DNA of 16,724 nucleotides from a virus (Duplodnaviria; Heunggongvirae; Uroviricota; Caudoviricetes): IMG/VR virus record IMGVR_UViG_2671180460_000005; one strand, 5' to 3'. Shown piece by piece: positions 1 to 8,219 of this stretch (position 1 is its first letter; each line of letters starts with the position of its first letter). The notes under the pieces were generated by a model. It saw only the letters and a program-made list of their open reading frames with translations, ran no database searches and was not told where the DNA came from. The position numbers and the translations under genes were made by a program.

Positions 1-119
1 GTTATCCGAAACACTGGTTAGAGGTGGGGGACCCGGGGTGCGAATATACCATGACGCAGTCTGCGCCGTTGATGGTGCTGCCGGATCCGGATGCGTTTGT
101 GGTGGTTCAGGTGAAATAA
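1..119 (+). CDS. Possible 3' end of an upstream gene (by position, the major capsid gene E); partial, 5' truncated by window
   Basis: Frame 3 is open from the window start to TAA at 117-119 and reads YPKHWLEVGDPGCEYTMTQSAPLMVLPDPDAFVVVQVK, which looks protein-like; the other frames are stopped or G-rich low complexity. Identity is by position only (gene order D-E-FI in lambda); I cannot confirm it by homology from memory. Confidence 0.3.
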   Translation, partial: YPKHWLEVGDPGCEYTMTQSAPLMVLPDPDAFVVVQVK

Positions 120-124
120 GGTCA

Positions 125-150
125 GGCGGGATATTCCCGCCTTTTTCTTT
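125..150 (+). terminator. Intrinsic-terminator-like hairpin with T-tract between the capsid-side ORF and FI
   Basis: GGCGGG (125-130), loop ATATT, CCCGCC (136-141) gives a perfect 6-bp GC stem, followed directly by TTTTTCTTT (142-150). Confidence 0.5.
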
Positions 151-169
151 ATCGCACAGGAGAGATGTG

Positions 170-550
170 ATGACAAAAGAAGAAATAACAGCGCGTCTTC
201 AGGAGCTGGCGGCAGTACTCGGGCGCGATGCCGATATTTCAGGCTCTAAAGCTGATCTTGAACAACGCCTGGCGGAGTGGGAAGAAGAATTAAGTGATGG
301 TTCAGACGGCCTGTATAAGGATGATGAAGAACCACAACAAAAAAACGAAACACGATCCGAACGTGGGGAGAGTGAGAACCGAAATTCTGTGGATATGGTC
401 ATGGTCAAAGCTGTGGTGATGTTACATGTCAATGCACTCCACGCCATACGGGATAACCCCGTGGCATTTGTACGTCCGGGAGAAGTGTTTCGTGTATCTG
501 CCGTGGTGGCAGCCAGCATGGCAGAAAGTGGCCTCGTGAAAATGTGTTGA
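170..550 (+). CDS. FI: Head completion / DNA-packaging accessory protein, lambda gpFI-like
   Basis: ATG at 170 preceded by AGGAGA (159-164). Product MTKEEITARLQELAAVLGRD... with acidic central linker and conserved C-terminal block LHVNALHAIRDNPVAFVRPGEVFRVSAVVAA matches lambda gpFI as I recall it. The ORF-track start at 38 is an in-frame upstream extension without homology. Confidence 0.85.
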   Translation: MTKEEITARLQELAAVLGRDADISGSKADLEQRLAEWEEELSDGSDGLYKDDEEPQQKNETRSERGESENRNSVDMVMVKAVVMLHVNALHAIRDNPVAFVRPGEVFRVSAVVAASMAESGLVKMC

Positions 551-563
551 ATGTGGGGGAAAG

Positions 564-938
564 GTGGCAGATTTCGATAATCCGTTTGATGCCGCCGTCG
601 CCATGGCTGACGAGGTCATTCTTTGTCATATGGGGATTACGGCGGTAATTACGTCCGGTCAGCTTGAAGGAAAAACACTCAGGGGTGTTTTTGATGATCC
701 TGAAAAAATTTCGTTCGTTGCCGGAGGAGTACGGTTTGAAGATTCTTCACCGTCTTTGTTTGTGAAAACAGCAGATATTACGGGACTGCGCCGTCTGGAT
801 ACGCTGGAGGTTGGCGGGGATCTTTTTCGGGTGGATCGCATTACTCTGGACGACGGGGGATGCTGTTATATCCGCCTGCAACGGTGTGACAGTTCCCGGG
901 GTGATATCAGTACAGGGCGATATTATGAAAGGTCTTGA
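564..938 (+). CDS. FII: Head-tail joining protein, lambda gpFII-like
   Basis: GTG start at 564 with GGGGGAAAGG upstream. N-terminus MADFDNPFDAAVAMADEV and internal RGVFDDPE...SSPSLFV...DGG motifs match lambda gpFII. Confidence 0.88.
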   Translation: MADFDNPFDAAVAMADEVILCHMGITAVITSGQLEGKTLRGVFDDPEKISFVAGGVRFEDSSPSLFVKTADITGLRRLDTLEVGGDLFRVDRITLDDGGCCYIRLQRCDSSRGDISTGRYYERS

Positions 939-1503
939 AAACGCCATCCGTAATCTGGACATCCTTGATACCCGTATGGTACCGCAGGCCAGCGCATGGG
1001 CGATGAACCGTGTGGCGGCAAAGGTTGTCTCTGTCGCCACACGGCAGGTCGCGCAGAATACTGTGGCTGGTGATAACCAGGTGAAGGGGATCCCCCTGAA
1101 ACTGGTGCGTGAGCGTGTCAGGGTACTTAAAGCCAGCCCGGACGGAAAAATGTATGCCCGTATTCGCGTAAATCGCGGCAACCTGCCCGCCATAAAACTG
1201 GGGGCTGCACAGGTCAGAATGACCCGGCGTGGTGGCAGGTTACATTACCGTGGCAGTGTGCTGAAAGTGGGAAAATATCTTTTCCGGAATGCCTTTGTTC
1301 AGCAACTGGCGAACGGTCGCTGGCATGTGATGCGGCGTATTGACGGCAAAAATCGTTACCCCATTGATGTGGTGAAAATTCCGCTGTCCGGTCCGCTGAC
1401 ACAGGCATTTGAGGATGCCCGTAAAAGCGTCATTGATAACGAGATGCCGAAACAGCTGGGGTATGCCCTGAAACAACAACTGAGGTCATATCTGAACCTA
1501 TGA
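925..1503 (+). CDS. Z: Minor tail protein / tail completion protein, lambda gpZ-like
   Basis: ATG at 925 gives MKGLENAIRNL..., 192 aa, the same length and N-terminus as lambda gpZ. It overlaps the FII stop by 14 nt; the ORF-track start at 811 is an upstream extension. Confidence 0.88.
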   Translation: MKGLENAIRNLDILDTRMVPQASAWAMNRVAAKVVSVATRQVAQNTVAGDNQVKGIPLKLVRERVRVLKASPDGKMYARIRVNRGNLPAIKLGAAQVRMTRRGGRLHYRGSVLKVGKYLFRNAFVQQLANGRWHVMRRIDGKNRYPIDVVKIPLSGPLTQAFEDARKSVIDNEMPKQLGYALKQQLRSYLNL

Positions 1504-1901
1504 ACCGACACACACAAATTCGTCAGGCCGTACTTTCGCGCCTGAAAACGACGTGCGGGGAGAAGACCGTCCTGTTTGACGGTCTTCCTGCCTTTATTGA
1601 TGCGCAGGAGCTGCCTGCCGTGGCGGTGTGGCTGAGTGATGCACAGTACACCGGAAAAATGACGGATGAGGATGACTGGCTGGCAGTTCTGCATGTCGCC
1701 GTCTTTATCCGTGCACAGGCACCGGATTCTGATCTGGATACGTGGATGGACAACATTATTTACCCGGCACTGGAGGATATTCCGGCGCTTTACGGCCTTA
1801 TCGATACCATGATCCCACGGGGATTTAACTATCAGCGTGATAACGATATGGCAACATGGGCGATGGCGGAAATCACGTATCAAATCACATATACAAATTA
1901 A
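1500..1901 (+). CDS. U: Tail terminator protein, lambda gpU-like
   Basis: ATG at 1500 overlaps the Z stop as ATGA (1500-1503). Product MNRHTQIRQAVLSRL...FDGLPAF...ELPAVAVWL...DIPAL...ITYQITY is colinear with lambda gpU, 133 aa. Confidence 0.9.
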   Translation: MNRHTQIRQAVLSRLKTTCGEKTVLFDGLPAFIDAQELPAVAVWLSDAQYTGKMTDEDDWLAVLHVAVFIRAQAPDSDLDTWMDNIIYPALEDIPALYGLIDTMIPRGFNYQRDNDMATWAMAEITYQITYTN

Positions 1902-1911
1902 GGGGTGGGAA

Positions 1912-2652
1912 ATGACGACACCGAATCCACTTGAAAAAATGAAAGGGGCGGGGACGACGTTCTGGATGTATACCGGCAAGGGCGACGCATTTGCGAATCC
2001 TTTGTCAGATACGGACTGGCTGCGCCTCGCGATGGTGAAGGATCTGCAGCCGGGGGAAATGACTGCAGATGCGGAAGATGACGATTATCTCGATGATGAA
2101 AATGCTGACTGGAAAACGACAACTCAGGGGCAAAAATCTGTTGGTGATACATCCGCGACGCTGGCCTGGCGTCCGGGTGACAGCGGACAGAAAAAACTGA
2201 TTCAGTTGTTTGATTCCGGTGAAGTTCGTGCATTCCGCATTAAATACCCTAACGGTACCGTTGATGTGTTCCGCGGCTGGCTGAGTTCGCTGGGTAAAAC
2301 CATTACGTCAAAAGATGTGATGACCCGTACGGTTAAAATCAGCGGTGTGGGGCGTCCGTATCTGGCTGAGGAGGGGACTGAAATTGTGGGGGTGACCGGG
2401 CTGACAGTAATGCCGGTTTCCGCCAGTGTCAGAGTGGGGGCAACGACGACGCTGACATTCAGCACAGTACCGGAAGATGCATCTGATAAAACGGTGAGTG
2501 TGGCGTCATCATCTCCTGATATCGCCACGGTTACGCTGAGTGGCATGGTGGCCACGGTGAAAGGTGTGAAAGCGGGCAGCACCTCGATTGTGGGGATGAC
2601 TGCGGGTGGTGCGCAGGTTGCTGTGGCCGGTATTACCGTTAATGGTGATTAA
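1912..2652 (+). CDS. V: Major tail tube protein, lambda gpV-like, with C-terminal Ig-like (Big_2-type) domain
   Basis: ATG at 1912 preceded by AAGGGGTGGG. Product 246 aa with KGAGTTFWMY, YLDDENADW, YPNGTVDVFRGW motifs as in lambda gpV. The C-terminal roughly 85 aa (nt about 2390-2649) is a T/S/V-rich beta-sandwich-like segment typical of Big_2 domains. The ORF-track start at 1837 lies inside U. Confidence 0.93.
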   Translation: MTTPNPLEKMKGAGTTFWMYTGKGDAFANPLSDTDWLRLAMVKDLQPGEMTADAEDDDYLDDENADWKTTTQGQKSVGDTSATLAWRPGDSGQKKLIQLFDSGEVRAFRIKYPNGTVDVFRGWLSSLGKTITSKDVMTRTVKISGVGRPYLAEEGTEIVGVTGLTVMPVSASVRVGATTTLTFSTVPEDASDKTVSVASSSPDIATVTLSGMVATVKGVKAGSTSIVGMTAGGAQVAVAGITVNGD

Positions 2653-2670
2653 CCTGGCAGTCTGTTTTTT

Positions 2671-2697
2671 ACCCCGGTATGCCGGGGTTTTTTGTTT
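2671..2697 (+). terminator. Intrinsic-terminator-like hairpin with T-tract between V and G
   Basis: ACCCCGG (2671-2677), loop TATG, CCGGGGT (2682-2688) gives a 7-bp stem, followed by TTTTTTGTTT (2688-2697). A second T-run, CTGTTTTTT, lies at 2662-2670. Confidence 0.55.
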
Positions 2698-2708
2698 ACG
2701 GAGGGGAC

Positions 2709-3098
2709 ATGTTTCTGAAACAGGACACATTTAACTACGGTAATCAGTCTGTGGTACTGACGGAATTATCCGGACTTCAGCGGGTGGAGTATCTGGCGTT
2801 TGTCCAGAAACGGACAGCTGAGTTTGACGCCCTGGATGATGCCATGCCGGTGGCGGATCGTCAGATTGAATTTCTGCGTATGGGGATGGATATCAATGCC
2901 TGGCTGGTTTCCCGGTCAATGTGGAATACGGACCCGTCACAGGATGTGGATGCGCTGAATGAGGATGTAAAAAACACCTGGTCTTATGACGCGCTTGGCG
3001 ACGGGGGCAGTCTGGTTTTATCCCTGAGTGGTATGCCGGTCTCCACCGGTGATGTTCAGAACGGTGAACAGGTTCCCCTGACACCGGAAAAGTCCTGA
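2709..3098 (+). CDS. G: Tail assembly chaperone, lambda gpG-like
   Basis: ATG at 2709 with GGAGGGG (2700-2706) upstream. MFLKQDTF... N-terminus and ...LTPEKS C-terminus resemble lambda gpG. The ORF-track start at 2679 lies inside the upstream hairpin and is not preferred. Confidence 0.85.
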   Translation: MFLKQDTFNYGNQSVVLTELSGLQRVEYLAFVQKRTAEFDALDDAMPVADRQIEFLRMGMDINAWLVSRSMWNTDPSQDVDALNEDVKNTWSYDALGDGGSLVLSLSGMPVSTGDVQNGEQVPLTPEKS

Positions 3099-3421
3099 CG
3101 CGGGAGATGCAGTTTGTGATGCAGCTTGCCCGTGAGTTCCGGCGGGCAGACTGGCGGCGGATGTTATCAGAAATGTCAGCGTCAGAACTGGGCGAATGGG
3201 GGGATTTCTTCCGGAAGCAGAGTTTCGGGGATATCTGGCTGGATGCACAGATTTCCACACTGAAGTCGCTGATGGTTCAGATGGTGTCCGGTGAACGTAT
3301 TCCGGCGGATGATTTCAGTCTGGTTACGGATGACAGGGTGATCCCTGAACGCACGGATGAAGAGCTGATGCATCTGGGGGAAGGTATATCGGGAGGAATG
3401 AGATTTGGACCAGATTGCTGA
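2709..3421 (+). CDS. T: G-T fusion tail assembly chaperone made by programmed -1 ribosomal frameshift near the end of G (exact joint uncertain)
   Basis: The T-frame ORF (ORF track 3107-3421) is in the -1 frame relative to G and has no start codon with its own ribosome-binding site. The -1 frame is open from 3068, after TGA at 3065-3067, and the G stop is at 3096-3098, so the shift must occur within 3068-3095. The T-frame product contains the ...RRMLSEMSASELGEW... block I recall from lambda gpT. Confidence 0.7.
3086..3092 (+). other. Candidate -1 slippery site for the G-T frameshift
   Basis: The zero frame reads CCG GAA AAG TCC TGA; the -1 frame reads GGA AAA GTC. The only A-run in the permitted window is GGAAAAG, which would allow tRNA-Lys to re-pair from AAG to AAA. 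It is not a canonical X_XXY_YYZ heptamer. Confidence 0.4.
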
Positions 3422-6400
3422 CCTTGTCATTGATTTAAGCATTGATACCGCCGATTTTAAAGAGCAGCTTCCGCGTGTAAAAAATCTGCTGAATGGTACA
3501 GCAAGGGAGGCGGAGCGGGCCGAAGCCCGTATGAAACGGTTTGAGGAAAGTCAGAAACAGGCTGCCAGCGCGACGGTGATACAGACTCAGGCCGTGGTGA
3601 AGCATGCGCAGGGGCATGTTTCGCTGGCGGAAGATGTGGAAAGGGCGCGCCTGCGGATGGAGGCCCTGAGTCGTCAGATGCGGGAGGAGCAGGTTCAGGC
3701 GGCTGCGCTGGCTGCGGCGCAGGATAAGATGGCTGCCGCATTTTATCGTCAGATCGACAGCGTAAAACAGGCCAGTGCGGGGCTGCAGGAGTTACAGCGT
3801 ATTCAGCAGCAGATCCGACAGGCCAGAAACAGTGGCGGGATTGCTCAGCAGGATTATCTGGCCCTGATTTCTGAGGTGACAGCGAAAACCCGCGTTCTGA
3901 CACAGGCAGAGGAAACGGCCACCCGCCAGAAAACCGCATTTATTCGTCAGCTGAAAGAACAGACAAGTCGCCAGAAAATGACCACGACGGAACTGCTTCG
4001 GGCAAAGGCGGCACAACTTGGGTGCAGCAGTGCCGCGGAGGTGTACATCCGTAAAATGGAGAAAGCCGGAAACACCACACATTCGCTGGGACTGAAAAGT
4101 GCGGCAGCCCGTCGGGAGCTGGGGGTCATGATTGGTGAGCTGGCGCGAGGTAATTTCGGTGCGCTTCGTGGCTCCGGGATCACCCTGGCTAACCGTGCCG
4201 GCTGGATTGATAAATTAATGACTCCGAAAGGCCTGGCGGTGGGGGGAGTTATCGGAGGGATCACTGCTGCGGTTATTGGTCTGGGTAAAGCCTGGATGGA
4301 GGGGCAGGAAGAAGGCGAAGCCTTTAACCGGCAGCTTGAGCTCACCGGACACTATGCCGGTGTGACAGCCGGGCAGTTGTGGGCGCTCAGTAAAAATCTT
4401 TCCGGTAATGGCATCACGCAACATGCCATGGCGGGGGCACTGGCGCAGGTAGTGGGGAGCGGTGCATTTCACGGTAACGATATTGGTATGGTGGCGAAAG
4501 CTGCCGCACAGATGGAACGCGCGGTAGGGCAGTCTGTCAGTGACACCATCAGTCAGTTTAAACGGCTGAAGGATGATCCGGTCAGTGCTGCGAAGGCGCT
4601 GGATGATGAACTGCATTTTCTGACAGCCACCCAGCTTGAACAGATCCGTGTGCTCGGAGAGCAGGGGCGCACCAGTGACGCCGCCCGGATAGCCATGTCT
4701 GCACTGGCAGAGGAAACCGGTAAACGTACGTCGGATATTGATAATAACCTCAATGCGCTGGGCAGTACGCTGCAAACCTTGTCTGACTGGTGGAAGCAGT
4801 TCTGGGATGCGGCCATGAACATTGGTCGGGAAGATTCCCTTGATGCGCAGATTGCGTCGCTGCAGGAAAAAATTCAGCGGGCGAAGAAATTTCCGTGGAC
4901 TAAGGCGTCCACCACGGGGGAATACGATCAGCAACAACTGGATGCGCTGCAAGAGCGAAAACGCCAGCAGGATTTGCAGGATGCAAAAGAGCAGGCTGAG
5001 CGAAATTATCAGGAGCAGCAGAAACGCCGGAATGCTGAAAATGCCGCGCTGAACCGGATGAACGAAACGGAAGCAGCACGACATCAGCATGAAATTGCGC
5101 GTATTAATGCCATGCAGTACGCCGATCAGGCGGTCAGGGACGCAGCGATACAGCGTGAAAATGAACGTTACGAAAAAGCCATTAAGAAAAAAACGCCTGC
5201 CACCCGTAATGATGAGGCCACCCGGCTATTACTGCAGTACAGCCAGCAACAGGCGCAGGTGGAGGGACAGATTGCCGCCGCCAGACAGTCAGCGGGCATG
5301 GCTACTGAAAGGATGACAGAAGCGCATAAACAGCTTCTGGCCCTTCAGCAGCGTATCAGCGATTTGGCCGGTAAAAAACTGACAGCAGATGAAAAAAGTG
5401 TGCTGGCTCACAAGGATGAGCTGATTCAGGCACTGACGTTGCTGGATGCAAAACAGCAGGAGCTGCAGAAGCAGACTGTCCTCAATGACCTGAAGAAAAA
5501 ATCCATTCAGCTTGCCAGCCAGCTGGCGGAAGAGGAGCGCGCTCTGCGTCAGCAACATGACCTGGATATCGCCACGACAGGGATGGGGGATAAACAGCGT
5601 CAGCGATACCAGGCACAGTTCAGTCTGCAACAAAAATATCAGCAGCAGATGGAACAGCTGGAGCGTGACAGTAAGCAGAAAGGAACATACGGCACAGATG
5701 AATACCGGAATGCTGAGCAGACGCTGACAGACAGTCTGAACCGGCAACTGAACGAAAACAGACGCTACTGGCAGGAACAGGAACTGATGCAGGCAGACTG
5801 GAAAAACGGTGCCATGCGGGCGTTTCAGCATTTTACAGAGGATGCGGATAACGCGGCGGGTACCGCTGAGCAGTTGTTTAATACCGCGTTCAGCAGCATG
5901 GGCAACGGGCTGGCGACGTTCTGCACGACAGGTAAACTGAATTTCAAATCTTTTACCTCATCCGTGCTGTCAGATATGGCGAAAATTCTGGCGCAGGCAA
6001 CCATGATGAAGGCTGTCAAGGGCGTTGGTAGTGCACTGGGGCTAGGTTCTGTTCTCGACAGTCTTTCCCTTAATGCCAGTGGTGGTGTTTATCAGTCTGC
6101 TGATTTGAGTCGCTACAGTGGCACGGTGGTTAACCGTCCGACGTTTTTTGCTTTTGCAAAAGGCGCGGGGGTGATGGGTGAAGCGGGGCCTGAGGCTATC
6201 CTGCCCTTGCGCAGGGGGGCTGACGGTAAGCTGGGTGTTGTGGCAGCGACCTGTGGTTCGGGGATGGTGATGTTTGCGCCGCAGTACAACATCGAGATCA
6301 ATAACGATGGTCAGAACGGGCAGATTGGGCCGGAAGCCATGCAGGCGGTTTACAACCTGGGGAAAAGGGCTGCAGCAGATTTTATGCAACAACAGTCCCG

Positions 6401-6434
6401 TGATGGCGGGCAGTTAAGCGGAGTATACCGGTGA
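3405..6434 (+). CDS. H: Tail tape measure protein, lambda gpH-like, 1009 aa
   Basis: N-terminus DQIADLVIDLSIDTADFKEQ parallels lambda gpH (GDLVVDLSLDAARFDEQ). C-terminus INNDGQNGQIGPEAMQAVYNLGKRAAADFMQQQSRDGGQLSG parallels the lambda H C-terminus. Long Q/E/R-rich coiled-coil centre and a Gly-rich hydrophobic segment (about 4218-4300). Start appears to be TTG at 3405, 8 nt after GGGAGG (3391-3396); the next in-frame ATG is 42 codons downstream, after the conserved N-terminal block. Confidence 0.93.
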   Translation: MDQIADLVIDLSIDTADFKEQLPRVKNLLNGTAREAERAEARMKRFEESQKQAASATVIQTQAVVKHAQGHVSLAEDVERARLRMEALSRQMREEQVQAAALAAAQDKMAAAFYRQIDSVKQASAGLQELQRIQQQIRQARNSGGIAQQDYLALISEVTAKTRVLTQAEETATRQKTAFIRQLKEQTSRQKMTTTELLRAKAAQLGCSSAAEVYIRKMEKAGNTTHSLGLKSAAARRELGVMIGELARGNFGALRGSGITLANRAGWIDKLMTPKGLAVGGVIGGITAAVIGLGKAWMEGQEEGEAFNRQLELTGHYAGVTAGQLWALSKNLSGNGITQHAMAGALAQVVGSGAFHGNDIGMVAKAAAQMERAVGQSVSDTISQFKRLKDDPVSAAKALDDELHFLTATQLEQIRVLGEQGRTSDAARIAMSALAEETGKRTSDIDNNLNALGSTLQTLSDWWKQFWDAAMNIGREDSLDAQIASLQEKIQRAKKFPWTKASTTGEYDQQQLDALQERKRQQDLQDAKEQAERNYQEQQKRRNAENAALNRMNETEAARHQHEIARINAMQYADQAVRDAAIQRENERYEKAIKKKTPATRNDEATRLLLQYSQQQAQVEGQIAAARQSAGMATERMTEAHKQLLALQQRISDLAGKKLTADEKSVLAHKDELIQALTLLDAKQQELQKQTVLNDLKKKSIQLASQLAEEERALRQQHDLDIATTGMGDKQRQRYQAQFSLQQKYQQQMEQLERDSKQKGTYGTDEYRNAEQTLTDSLNRQLNENRRYWQEQELMQADWKNGAMRAFQHFTEDADNAAGTAEQLFNTAFSSMGNGLATFCTTGKLNFKSFTSSVLSDMAKILAQATMMKAVKGVGSALGLGSVLDSLSLNASGGVYQSADLSRYSGTVVNRPTFFAFAKGAGVMGEAGPEAILPLRRGADGKLGVVAATCGSGMVMFAPQYNIEINNDGQNGQIGPEAMQAVYNLGKRAAADFMQQQSRDGGQLSGVYR

Positions 6435-6763
6435 TGGAGATATTCAGCTGGAAAGTCCGTCCGGATATGAAGGTGGATTCAGAGCCAAAAGTGGTGACAG
6501 TTAAACTGGGTGATGGTTATGAACAGCGTCGTCCGGCGGGACTGAATCCTCTGTTGCCAACGTACAGTGTCACGATCCGTGTCCGTAAAGGGGAGCATCA
6601 GGCGCTGGAAGCGTTTCTGGCCCGGCACGGTGGGGTCAGGGCGTTTCAGTGGACACCGCCTTATGGCTGGACACCTGTCCGGGTGGTCTGCCGTAAATGG
6701 TCGTCCAGTGTGGGGGCGCTGTGGGTCACGGTAACCGCAAATTTTGAACAGGTCGTGGTATGA
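6434..6763 (+). CDS. M: Minor tail protein, lambda gpM-like
   Basis: ATG at 6434 overlaps the H stop TGA (6432-6434); an in-frame GTG at 6431 is an alternative. Product MEIFSWKVRPDM...GDGYEQRRPAGLN...TYSVT...FQWTPPY...KWSS...FEQVV is colinear with lambda gpM, 109 aa. Confidence 0.92.
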   Translation: MEIFSWKVRPDMKVDSEPKVVTVKLGDGYEQRRPAGLNPLLPTYSVTIRVRKGEHQALEAFLARHGGVRAFQWTPPYGWTPVRVVCRKWSSSVGALWVTVTANFEQVVV

Positions 6764-6772
6764 GGAGGACGG

Positions 6773-7471
6773 ATGCAGGATATCCGGCAGGAAACACTGA
6801 ATGAATGTACCCGTACGGAGCAGTCTGCCAGTCTGGTACTCTGGGAAATTGATCTGACAGAGATTGGCGGGGAGCGTTATTTTTTCAGTAATGAGCCTAA
6901 CGAGAAGGGGGAGGCCGTCACCTGGCAGGGCCGGAAATATGAGGTGTATCCTGTTCAGGGAGCAGGGTTTGAAATGAAAGGCAAGGGAGGCAGCGCCCGC
7001 CCCACCCTGACGGTGTCCAATCTGTACGGGATGGTTACCGTCAGGGTGGAGGATTTACAGAGTCTGGCTGGCGGAACGGTGATCCGGCGTAAGGTTTACG
7101 CCCGTTTTCTGGATGCGGTGAATTTTACCAACGGAAACAGTGAAGCCGATCCGGAACAGGAGGTGATCAGTTACTGGCGTATTGAACAGTGCAGCGATCT
7201 GACGGCGGTGACGGCAACGTTTGTTCTGGCCTCGCCAGCGGAGACAGACGGTGCGGTTTTCCCGGGACGTACCATGCTGGCCAACACCTGTACCTGGACC
7301 TATCGCGGTGATGAGTGCGGTTATCACGGTCCGGCTGTCGCGGATGAATATGACCAGCCGACGTCTGATATCACGAAGGATAAATGCAGTAAATGCCTGA
7401 GTGGCTGTAAGTCACGTCATAACGTCGGTAACTTTGGCGGTTTCCTTTCCATCAATAAACTTTCGCAGTAA
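6773..7471 (+). CDS. L: Minor tail tip protein, lambda gpL-like
   Basis: ATG at 6773 preceded by GAGGAGG (6763-6769). 232 aa, the same length as lambda gpL, with a Cys-rich C-terminus (CTWTYRGDECGYHG...CSKCLSGCK) as in gpL. Confidence 0.92.
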   Translation: MQDIRQETLNECTRTEQSASLVLWEIDLTEIGGERYFFSNEPNEKGEAVTWQGRKYEVYPVQGAGFEMKGKGGSARPTLTVSNLYGMVTVRVEDLQSLAGGTVIRRKVYARFLDAVNFTNGNSEADPEQEVISYWRIEQCSDLTAVTATFVLASPAETDGAVFPGRTMLANTCTWTYRGDECGYHGPAVADEYDQPTSDITKDKCSKCLSGCKSRHNVGNFGGFLSINKLSQ

Positions 7472-7475
7472 ATCC

Positions 7476-8219
7476 ATGACAGAGACTGAATCAGCGATTC
7501 TGGCGCACGCCCGGCGATGTGCGCCAGCGGAGTCGTGCGGCTTCGTGGTGAGAACGCCGGAGGGGGAAAGATATTTTCCCTGCGTGAATATCTCCGGTAC
7601 TCCGGAGGCGTGTTTCCGGATGGTACCGGAAGACTGGCTGCGGGCACAAATACAGGGTGAGGTGGTGGCGCTGGTCCACAGCCATCCCGGTGGTCTGCCC
7701 TGGCTGAGTGAAGCCGACCGTCAGCTGCAGGTACAGAGTGATTTGCCGTGGTGGCTGGTCTGTCGGGGGGCTCTCCATAAATTCCGCTGCGTGCCACATC
7801 TGACCGGAAGGCGCTTTGAGCACGGGGTGACGGACTGTTACACGCTGTTCCGGGACGCTTATCATCTGGCAGGAATTGAGATACCGGATTTTCATCGTGA
7901 GGATGACTGGTGGCGTAACGGTCAGAATCTTTACCTGGACAACATGGCGGATACCGGCTTTTACCCGGTCACCCTGTCAGCGGCGCAGCCGGGCGATGTG
8001 CTGCTGTGCTGCTTTGGTTCATCGGTGCCGAATCATGCCGCTATTTACTGCGGCGACGGCGAGCTGCTGCACCATATTCCTGAACAACTGAGCAAACGAG
8101 AGAGGTATACCGACAAATGGCAGCGACGCACACACTCCCTCTGGCGTCACCGGGCATGGCGCGCATCTGCCTTTACGGGGATTTACAACGATTTGGCCGC
8201 CGCATCGACCTTCGTGTGA
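7476..8219 (+). CDS. K: Tail tip assembly protein, lambda gpK-like, with JAB/MPN metalloprotease-type motif and NlpC/P60-type cysteine peptidase domain
   Basis: ATG at 7476. JAMM-type motif HSHPGGLPWLSEAD (H-x-H-x7-S-x2-D) at about 7677-7718. NlpC/P60-like Cys (GVTDCYTLF) and His (NHAAIYCGDGELLHH) residues downstream. The ORF is open to 8219, giving 247 aa; the last roughly 34 codons overlap I. Confidence 0.85.
   Translation: MTETESAILAHARRCAPAESCGFVVRTPEGERYFPCVNISGTPEACFRMVPEDWLRAQIQGEVVALVHSHPGGLPWLSEADRQLQVQSDLPWWLVCRGALHKFRCVPHLTGRRFEHGVTDCYTLFRDAYHLAGIEIPDFHREDDWWRNGQNLYLDNMADTGFYPVTLSAAQPGDVLLCCFGSSVPNHAAIYCGDGELLHHIPEQLSKRERYTDKWQRRTHSLWRHRAWRASAFTGIYNDLAAASTFV

Noticed and set aside
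38-169. N-terminal extension of FI from the ORF-track start at 38
   Set aside because: The extension is Gly/Cys-rich low complexity and spans the terminator-like hairpin. Homology to FI begins at the ATG at 170, which has its own Shine-Dalgarno.
2679-2708. Alternative G start at ATG 2679
   Set aside because: It lies in the loop of the V-G hairpin with no ribosome-binding site. The ATG at 2709 has GGAGGGG upstream and gives the lambda-like MFLK N-terminus.
4215-5090. 291-aa minus-strand ORF inside H, plus other minus-strand ORFs at 747-1193, 1356-1979, 2202-2582 and 3457-3939
   Set aside because: Each is fully contained in a conserved plus-strand tail gene, is low complexity, and has no homology signal. 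The whole window reads as a single co-directional operon.
8117-8158. Alternative I start at ATG 8156 (MARICLYG), which would shorten the K/I overlap
   Set aside because: Not excluded, but the upstream residues MAATHTLPLASPG fit my recollection of the lambda I N-terminus, so 8117 is kept as the primary call with the overlap flagged.
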